64,000 nt of DNA from Pampinifervens diazotrophicum. Lineage in GTDB: Bacteria > Aquificota > Aquificia > Aquificales > Aquificaceae. Shown one piece after another: positions 57,878 to 64,000 of the stretch. A program made the translations under genes and the position numbers. The notes below the pieces were generated by a model. The model made no database searches, had not been told where the DNA came from, and saw nothing but the letters and a program-made list of their open reading frames with translations. The DNA is taken from NCBI RefSeq assembly GCF_033971325.1, contig NZ_CP117180.1:66041-130040 (forward strand), in the 5' to 3' direction. Position 1 is the stretch's first letter, and each line of letters starts with the position of its first letter.

Positions 57878-59108
57878 CTCTTAGCCTTTTATGAAGATGC
57901 ATATTGGCCCTTGACCTAACCACGGGATAGCGGTGTTTGGCAAGCTCTCTGAGAAGCCTCACTGCTTCTGGCGAGCTCATCCTTGAGAGGGCATCCGCTA
58001 TCTCCATAAGGATTATAGGATCTGTTTCTCTGTTTATCATAATTTCAAGGTGGGGCAAAGCCATCTCTAAGTCCTTCCTGCCTACGGTATATATGACGTT
58101 CTTTTTCATATCCTTGACGGGATGTTCCAAAGCCATGATGAGTTTGTATTCGTAAGGAAGCTCATGAAATTCTGTGAGGTCATAAGCACAGTTGGGGCAG
58201 ACCTTGTCATCCTTTGAAACCACGCTCCAGCAAGCGGGACAAAAGTATAGAATTGGATGGTCTGGGTCGTATTTTACAACCTTGAGCTTGTTTTTTTCTT
58301 CTATGATAGAAAGCACATCAATGGGTTCTAAGTTGGTATTTCCAAAGGATACCACATAAAGCTCGTAGAAGGGTGAATCCTTCTCAAAACCTTCTGAGTA
58401 GACCTCCTCTTCCTGCATGAGGACCTTATAGCCATATTTTTCTGCGGAGACGCTTACGAGCAGAAGTGTGGAGTTTAAGGCTCTTAAGGGGACTGCCTGA
58501 TATTCTTCGTAAACACCTGCAAGCTCTGGCTCAAGAATCATTAAAGACAATAGCTCCTCAGAAAGCTCGTAAACTCTCAATATGCATGTATCTTTACTTA
58601 GGTCTTCAATGAGGGTTTTGAGGGCGTCCAAACCCTTTAGACCTGCATAGTCCACATAAAGCACAAATCCCTTTTGGAGAAGCACTATACCTTTTATGAG
58701 TTTTACCCTGTTTTCCACCACCATGTAACCTGTTACCTCAAAGTCTATGAGCTTTTTGAAAAACTCCCTTATGTTGAAGTTTATACTTTCAAGGTTTATC
58801 CAAAGAGGTCTGTCGCTGTAGAGGGGTATTCTATGTCTTTCATACATTCCGAAGGCATGTATAAGGAAGTTCTCTGTAGCTTGATAGAAACTTATAAGCT
58901 CAAAATCCTCAGGCAGTTCTCCATAGGGCTTTCCCTCAAGCACAGGCAAGAAGCCAAGGTCTTGTAGCTTTTGCACCATAAAATAACCGCTTTTGAGAGA
59001 GCTTCTAACAGACTCCAAGAGCCAAGAGAGGTTTAGCATATCCCTATGAAAGGGCCCATATAGAGGCTTGAGCCTAAGGCTTTGGTCAGCCAGCAGTAGC
59101 TTTTGCAT
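57864..59108 (-). CDS. Hypothetical protein with C-terminal Zn-ribbon (CPACW...CPNC) and HEAT/PBS-lyase-like repeats; gene follows mglA-like
   Basis: 414 aa. CxxC-x13-CxxC and HEAT-like repeat (SPEAVRLLRELAKHRYPVVRSRA). The N-terminal 290 aa are unrecognised. Confidence 0.5.
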   Translation of the reverse strand: MQKLLLADQSLRLKPLYGPFHRDMLNLSWLLESVRSSLKSGYFMVQKLQDLGFLPVLEGKPYGELPEDFELISFYQATENFLIHAFGMYERHRIPLYSDRPLWINLESINFNIREFFKKLIDFEVTGYMVVENRVKLIKGIVLLQKGFVLYVDYAGLKGLDALKTLIEDLSKDTCILRVYELSEELLSLMILEPELAGVYEEYQAVPLRALNSTLLLVSVSAEKYGYKVLMQEEEVYSEGFEKDSPFYELYVVSFGNTNLEPIDVLSIIEEKNKLKVVKYDPDHPILYFCPACWSVVSKDDKVCPNCAYDLTEFHELPYEYKLIMALEHPVKDMKKNVIYTVGRKDLEMALPHLEIMINRETDPIILMEIADALSRMSSPEAVRLLRELAKHRYPVVRSRANMHLHKRLRDASE

Positions 59109-59613
59109 TCAAAGCCTCCTTAAGGACTGCCCTGAAGGTCTCCGCCACACCCATGCCCGCTGTAGCAACCGCTTCCACAATGGGAAGGTTGCCAAAAGCC
59201 ACCATTACCTCTTCTGGACTTAGCTTTCCTATGTCTCGTTTATTTAGCTGAAGCACCATTGGCACACCGTTTAGTCCGTATTCTTTGACTTCTTCATAAG
59301 CCCTAAGGTTTTCCTCAAGGCTTCTTGTGGAGTCCAGCACAAGCACCAGCCCGTTCACATAGCCAAATATCCATTTCCTAAGAATCTTAAACCTCTCTTG
59401 ACCTGGGGTGGTAAAAACCTCCACACTTAATTCCTTTCCTCCTGACTTTGTCTTTATCTTGAGAGATAGTATGTCAAGGTATACTGTCCTGCCTTCAGAG
59501 GTCTGCTGATGGATTCTGTCTAAAACATAATTGGAATATATCTCACGCAGTTTTTCAAGGTTTGTGGTCTTTCCCGCCATACCAAGCCCGTGGTATAGGA
59601 TGCGTAATGTCAT
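59086..59613 (-). CDS. mglA: MglA-like small Ras-family GTPase
   Basis: Close motif-by-motif similarity to Myxococcus MglA: YHGLGMAGKTTNL (P-loop), TTPGQERF (switch II), NKRD, AVATAGMGVAETFRAV. Confidence 0.8.
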   Translation of the reverse strand: MTLRILYHGLGMAGKTTNLEKLREIYSNYVLDRIHQQTSEGRTVYLDILSLKIKTKSGGKELSVEVFTTPGQERFKILRKWIFGYVNGLVLVLDSTRSLEENLRAYEEVKEYGLNGVPMVLQLNKRDIGKLSPEEVMVAFGNLPIVEAVATAGMGVAETFRAVLKEALNAKATAG

Positions 59614-60104
59614 AGAGCCAGGTCCTCAAACCTTACTACCCTGTTTTCACCTCTTGCGAGGGCGTTTTCCAAAAGTGTGGTCAACTCCCTTGATAGCTTT
59701 TCCTTAAAGAGCTTTACACTTCCCAGGGGGACCTTATGATTAAACACCGAGGCTAACATAAACTTGTGGCTTAACATATGCACATACATATTCTTTTCCT
59801 GTCCTGAGAAAAACATGCTTCTCTTTGAAGAAATAATGTTTTCAAGCTGGTCTACCGCACCCACCACCGCAGCACCGATAAGGGCAACTCTCTGAGCAAC
59901 AGACTTGTAAGTGTCTACAAAGGGAGCAAAGCTCACAAGCCTTCCTCCGTCATCCATAAGCACCACAAGGTCTAAAAGCAGGGAGTTCTTAAAGTCCTGA
60001 AGTTTCTTGCTTATTTCCTCCAACTCCTGTTCCTTGAGGCTGTAACCAATAAGGTCCATCTTCTTCACCTCCAAAAGTGAATTGACAGCGACCCTCCACC
60101 TCAC
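59610..60104 (-). CDS. mglB: Roadblock/LC7-domain protein (MglB-like GTPase-activating partner)
   Basis: Roadblock fold features (LLDLVVLMDDGGRLVSF...). Lies immediately upstream of the GTPase with a 4-nt overlap. The real start may be the internal Met at 60059. Confidence 0.65.
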   Translation of the reverse strand: MRWRVAVNSLLEVKKMDLIGYSLKEQELEEISKKLQDFKNSLLLDLVVLMDDGGRLVSFAPFVDTYKSVAQRVALIGAAVVGAVDQLENIISSKRSMFFSGQEKNMYVHMLSHKFMLASVFNHKVPLGSVKLFKEKLSRELTTLLENALARGENRVVRFEDLAL

Positions 60105-60498
60105 CCACTCCCTTTAGCTTTCCAATCCCTATAAAGTTAGCAATGCCGTCTATATATCCCTTGCAAAAGGAACATACTATAGATTGCGTAGGCTTTAGCT
60201 CGGGGATATCCCAAAGGGGACAAGCGGAGACCTCGATAACCGCCTTACCATCGGGCAGGTTTATACTGTTTAAGTTTAACTGTCTTTCCCTTGCATACCT
60301 CCTGCCTATGTGGTTCATAAGAATATGTCCAGATTGGTCAAAGGCATAGCTCACAGCCCGTTCTACCGCCAAAAGAGCATTGCGGTTCTTTAACTCATCC
60401 ACTAACCTGCTAAAGGTTTTGTAAGCTCTTTCACCACCCACTTCCGCAATACCCTGAGCCAAAGCTCTCAAAAGCTCTTCTTCCTCAATAAACCACAT
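59989..60498 (-). CDS. V4R-domain protein (Bet3/4-vinyl-reductase-like), first gene of the GTPase module
   Basis: C-terminal half EVSACPL...SIVCSFCKGYIDGIANFIG matches the V4R Cys pattern (C...C.FC.G...G). Overlaps the mglB-like ORF by 70-115 nt. Confidence 0.5.
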   Translation of the reverse strand: MWFIEEEELLRALAQGIAEVGGERAYKTFSRLVDELKNRNALLAVERAVSYAFDQSGHILMNHIGRRYARERQLNLNSINLPDGKAVIEVSACPLWDIPELKPTQSIVCSFCKGYIDGIANFIGIGKLKGVGEVEGRCQFTFGGEEDGPYWLQPQGTGVGGNKQETSGL

Positions 60499-60580
60499 GG
60501 CTCACCTCCTAAGGGAGAAATATAACGAGTTTGTGTTAAGAATTTGTTAAGGAGAGACCTATGAGATAAATTCTTATACT

Positions 60581-62110
60581 ATGCAGGAGCTTATCTTTGA
60601 GAAAGGTATAAAGCATACCGCGCACGGACTTAACTTTTATATGACCTACTTTGACGATATTGCAAGGGTTCTACCGAGGGAAGCCTACTGTTTTATAGTG
60701 GGTGGTTGGGTAAGAGATAGGTTTCTGGGTGAGCCTGTGGGATACCATATAGATGTAGACCTTTTGGTAACCTGCGACCCAAGAGAAACCGCCAAAAAGC
60801 TCGCAGAGAGGATAGGTGGCTCTTACTTTGAATTTGAGAAAAAGGGACTGCTTAGGAGACCTACCATAGCGACAGTGGTTCTGAGACTTCCACCCTACAA
60901 GTATCGTTTTGACTTTGCTCAGATAAAGGGTAGAGACTTAGAAAAGGCTCTGGTGGAAGACCTGCTTTCAAGGGACTTTACCGCCAACGCTATGGCGGTT
61001 AGCATAGATGATGTGCTTAGCATAGGTGCAAAGCAAACCCTAATCTACGACCCAGCTCATGGCGTAGAGGACTTAGAGCAGGGGCTTTTGAGACCTGTTT
61101 CTTTCAAAAACCTTGAGGAAGACCCAGTAAGGATACTACGGGGCTTTCGCCTTGCGGTAGAAAAGGGGCTTGAGCTTACCGAAGATTTTTACGAGTTTGT
61201 AAAGAAAAAGAAGCATCTTGTAAAGAAGGCACCAGCCGAGAGGATAAATCTTGAGCTTTTCAAAATCCTTAGACATCCTAAAAGCTATAGGGTGCTCAAA
61301 GACCTATACGCACATGGAGTTTTGCAGGAGCTTTTCCCAGACACAGACCGTTGGAAGGAGATAAGAGACCAGGGGGAGCATCACATATACCCTCTTGAAG
61401 AGCATGTCTTTAGGGTGCTTGAAGCCCTTGAAGGGGTTATACAGGAGAGGGACATATACCTGCCTGCGGAGCTTTTGGAAAACTTTGGGGAAATGGAAGT
61501 GCATGGTGAGTTCTCTGACATTGAGCTACTTAAACTTTCCGCACTCTTTCATGACATTGCCAAGCCTCATACCTTTGAGGTGAGAGAAGGTAAGATAACC
61601 TTTTACAACCACGATAAGCTGGGTGCGGAGCTGGTAAGGGGCTATGGCAAAGCCTACAAATGGGGTGAGCTAGCAACAGAGTTTGTGGCAAGGCTTGTGA
61701 GAGAGCACCTAAGACCCTTCTACCTGAGGGAGTCCCTCTCTAAAGGACAGCTTACGGACAGAGGAAGGGCGAACTTTTGGAGAGAGTGTGGAGACATAGC
61801 AGGTCATCTCTTTTTGCATGCCATTGCGGACGCTATAGGTAGTGGTGACCAAGAGGTGGAGATAAAGAAACTTCTTGAGACTATACATGACTTGGTGAGC
61901 TTTAAAAGAGAAAAACTTTCAAAAGTCTCAATAGAAGCCCTGCTTGATGGAAGGGAGATAATGCAGACCCTTGGTATAGCTCAGGGTCCTCTTGTGGGAA
62001 AGCTCAAGAAAGCTCTTGAGGAAGCACAGTTGGAGGGTAAGGTAAAGACCAAAGAGGAAGCCCTTGAGTTTATAAAGGCTTACTATAAAAGCCTAAAAGA
62101 AGAAGCATAG
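60581..62110 (+). CDS. tRNA nucleotidyltransferase / poly(A) polymerase family protein with C-terminal HD domain (CCA-, CC- or A-adding enzyme)
   Basis: Pol-beta-like head ([10 protein letters not shown]...DVDL). [10 protein letters not shown] motif. HD motif (LFHDIAKP). Confidence 0.8.
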   Translation: MQELIFEKGIKHTAHGLNFYMTYFDDIARVLPREAYCFIVGGWVRDRFLGEPVGYHIDVDLLVTCDPRETAKKLAERIGGSYFEFEKKGLLRRPTIATVVLRLPPYKYRFDFAQIKGRDLEKALVEDLLSRDFTANAMAVSIDDVLSIGAKQTLIYDPAHGVEDLEQGLLRPVSFKNLEEDPVRILRGFRLAVEKGLELTEDFYEFVKKKKHLVKKAPAERINLELFKILRHPKSYRVLKDLYAHGVLQELFPDTDRWKEIRDQGEHHIYPLEEHVFRVLEALEGVIQERDIYLPAELLENFGEMEVHGEFSDIELLKLSALFHDIAKPHTFEVREGKITFYNHDKLGAELVRGYGKAYKWGELATEFVARLVREHLRPFYLRESLSKGQLTDRGRANFWRECGDIAGHLFLHAIADAIGSGDQEVEIKKLLETIHDLVSFKREKLSKVSIEALLDGREIMQTLGIAQGPLVGKLKKALEEAQLEGKVKTKEEALEFIKAYYKSLKEEA

Positions 62111-62762
62111 CCTTGTGGATAAGAAGAGGTTCGTATATGCCAAGCTCCTCGAAGAGCCATCCGTCGCCACCAGTTAGCACAAGACTAAGGCTCTTGCCAT
62201 AGGCTTTTTGCCATTCTCTCAAACATCCCTCAAGGAAATAAAAATACTGCTTATAAAACCCACCGAGAATTGCAGTCTCTGTATCTTTACCTATGGTGGC
62301 TATGGTCTTTTTTAACTCTAACTTTGGAATTAACTCCGCCCTTTGAGAAAGGCATTCAAGCCCAGTGCCCACACCAAGAGTTATAAAGCCACCTTGAAAT
62401 ACACCATCTATCGCCAAGTCTAAGACTACCGCAGTGCCAAAGCTGGCTACCACTACGTCCTTTGAAAAGAGCTGGACCGCTCCGTAAAGGTTGAGCAATC
62501 TGTCTATGCCCACTCTCTCCTTTCCCTCAAAGGCACTTTGAAGTGGCACATCCTCCGCCCTTATAAACCTCGCATGGGGGTATTTTTCAAGGATGATATT
62601 GTTCGCTGAGGGTTTAACAGAGGACACGAGCACAAGGTCTGCACTCAAGAGTGGCACGTCCTTATGGCTGTGTTTACCCACATACTTCAAAGAACCCTCA
62701 AAGAGGCACACGTCCACTGAGGTATTTCCCACATCAAGGGTTAAAACTCTCACATCTTGCAC
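62070..62762 (-). CDS. coaX: Type III pantothenate kinase
   Basis: [13 protein letters not shown]-terminal motif and GGD...actin-fold motifs typical of CoaX (Bvg accessory factor family). Confidence 0.85.
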   Translation of the reverse strand: MQDVRVLTLDVGNTSVDVCLFEGSLKYVGKHSHKDVPLLSADLVLVSSVKPSANNIILEKYPHARFIRAEDVPLQSAFEGKERVGIDRLLNLYGAVQLFSKDVVVASFGTAVVLDLAIDGVFQGGFITLGVGTGLECLSQRAELIPKLELKKTIATIGKDTETAILGGFYKQYFYFLEGCLREWQKAYGKSLSLVLTGGDGWLFEELGIYEPLLIHKAMLLLLGFYSKPL

Positions 62763-63633
62763 CCTCTTTGGAGGCTCGGAGCGTTATATACCTTGAGTTT
62801 ATACCCTCCTCTTTGAAGGCTTGAACCATGGCAGAGCCCACCTTTTCCGCCTCGTCAATACACAGACTTGCCACAGAAGGACCCGCACCGCTCAGAAAGA
62901 CCGCCAAAGCACCAGCCTCGTAAGCCTTCTGGAGCACTTTCCAAAAGCCTGGTATTAGCTCAGACCTGTAGGGTTGATGAAGTTTGTCCTTAACTGCCTC
63001 TTTCAAAAGTTCAAAGCTCCTCGTAAGAATTGCACCCACAAAAAGAGCAGACCTTTGCAGGTTAAAGACCGCATCCTTTAAAGAGACCTCTTTTCTTAGC
63101 ACCTCCCTTGCCCTCTGGGTGGAAAGCTCAAAGTCTGGCACACATACCACCACCTTTAGCTCCTCTGGGAAGTCAAGCCTTAGAAACCTAACACCCTCCT
63201 CAGAGCTTGCACAGACCACAAAGCCACCAAGAAAGGCAGGAAGCAGGTTGTCCGGATGTGGCTCAAACTCAAAAGCAACCCTTAGCTTTTCCTCAAGACT
63301 TAGACTAATGCCATGTAAAGACTCGCAGGCTAAGATGCCACCCACTATGGCAGTGGCAGAAGAGCCAAGCCCTCTTGCGGTAGGGACTCGGTTTACCTGC
63401 CTGAGTTTAAAAGGCTTTTCCTCAAGAGCAAACACCTCACAGACTCTTTTGTAAACTCTTACAAACAGATTGCTCTCGTCTTTTGGCAGACTTACACCCT
63501 CACCCTCTATATCTATCGTATATACCTTAGAAGGCTCTATATAGAACTCGTTGTATAGGCTGAGGGCAAGACCAAAGGCATCAAAACCAGAACCAAAGTT
63601 GCTGGTGCTTGCAGGGACAAGAAGGCGTAGCAT
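62734..63633 (-). CDS. thrB: Homoserine kinase (GHMP kinase)
   Basis: PASTSNFGSGFDAFGLAL N-terminal motif and GHMP motif II PTARGLGSSA. Confidence 0.9.
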   Translation of the reverse strand: MLRLLVPASTSNFGSGFDAFGLALSLYNEFYIEPSKVYTIDIEGEGVSLPKDESNLFVRVYKRVCEVFALEEKPFKLRQVNRVPTARGLGSSATAIVGGILACESLHGISLSLEEKLRVAFEFEPHPDNLLPAFLGGFVVCASSEEGVRFLRLDFPEELKVVVCVPDFELSTQRAREVLRKEVSLKDAVFNLQRSALFVGAILTRSFELLKEAVKDKLHQPYRSELIPGFWKVLQKAYEAGALAVFLSGAGPSVASLCIDEAEKVGSAMVQAFKEEGINSRYITLRASKEGARCESFNP

Positions 63634-63866
63634 GAGAAAGATTATAATCCTATACCTGAAGTGTTAGGGTCAAAGATTAAGTGTAAACATTTTCACATAT
63701 TTGTCAACAATTTTACCTACATTGCAAAACAGAGGAACGGCAGAAAGTCTTAATTATCAGGCTTTTATTTAGCTTCTCCTTATGGCACCTTTTTTGCAAA
63801 AGAGTATTCATGGCTTTTGTAAACAACTTGAAACCTACGAAAGGTATGTGCTATTTTTACGGAGGA

Positions 63867-64000
63867 GAGGCATAGCATGGTAGACGTGAGATTTTACATG
63901 GCTCAGCACGAGCTTTATATCAAGAGGCTAAAAAGGGCTATAGAGTCAAGAGGAGATTTCGCCCACAAGGAGTGTTGTAGGGATACAAAGGAAAACTGCT
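63867..64000 (+). CDS. Partial ORF, possibly hemerythrin-like; runs off the window end
   Basis: MVDVRFYMAQHELYIKRLKRAIESRGDFAHKECC... is only 44 codons. Weak resemblance to a hemerythrin HHE N-terminus. Confidence 0.25.

Noticed and set aside
63634-63866. Palindromic operator in the thrB divergent promoter (TTGTCAACAA)
   Set aside because: On checking, the sequence is not self-complementary (reverse complement TTGTTGACAA). It is probably only a -35-like TTGTCA/TTGACA coincidence.

Overview
This 64 kb window looks like a compact thermophilic bacterial chromosome segment. Composition, gene content and the RNA-ligase/MJ_0950 partner pair suggest Aquificales; that assignment is inference. Most genes are tightly packed, often with 4-8 nt start/stop overlaps. 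Core genes recognised from the translations include ilvC, ispF, fabG, folK, nrdAB, rlmD, nusA-rimP, moxR, bamA, an aa3-type cytochrome c oxidase operon with SCO1 and a pentaheme cytochrome c, tRNA-Phe, trkHA, a MacAB-like ABC efflux set, pgm, aroE, murB-ddl-ftsQAZ, a cusCBA-type Cu/Ag efflux cluster, pstSCAB, coaX and thrB. Six things stand out. (1) The strongest candidate for an undescribed system is a strongly AT-rich two-gene cassette at 38517-40107 (about 30-37% GC against about 47% nearby), wedged between a membrane kinase-like gene and murB at the head of the dcw cluster. It encodes an AAA_15/AAA_21-type ABC ATPase with an unusual Walker A, translationally coupled to a 137-aa Cys-rich protein carrying a PD-(D/E)xK-like motif. 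The architecture resembles ATPase-plus-nuclease antiphage modules (Septu/PARIS/AbiL-like). (2) An MglA-like Ras GTPase sits with a Roadblock/MglB protein, a V4R-domain protein, a HEAT/Zn-ribbon protein and an EAL-GGDEF protein. (3) An Rnl3-type ATP-dependent RNA ligase abuts its MJ_0950 partner. (4) A Fe-S/sulfur-relay thiolation cluster runs IscU, CxxC-type MnmA-like, TusA, DUF1858, Nfu. (5) A 500-nt non-coding gap between convergent genes contains an array of 8-nt CATCARAG repeats. (6) The mnmC-like gene's 3' end reads antisense through tRNA-Phe. No CRISPR array, transposase, integrase or rRNA was seen.
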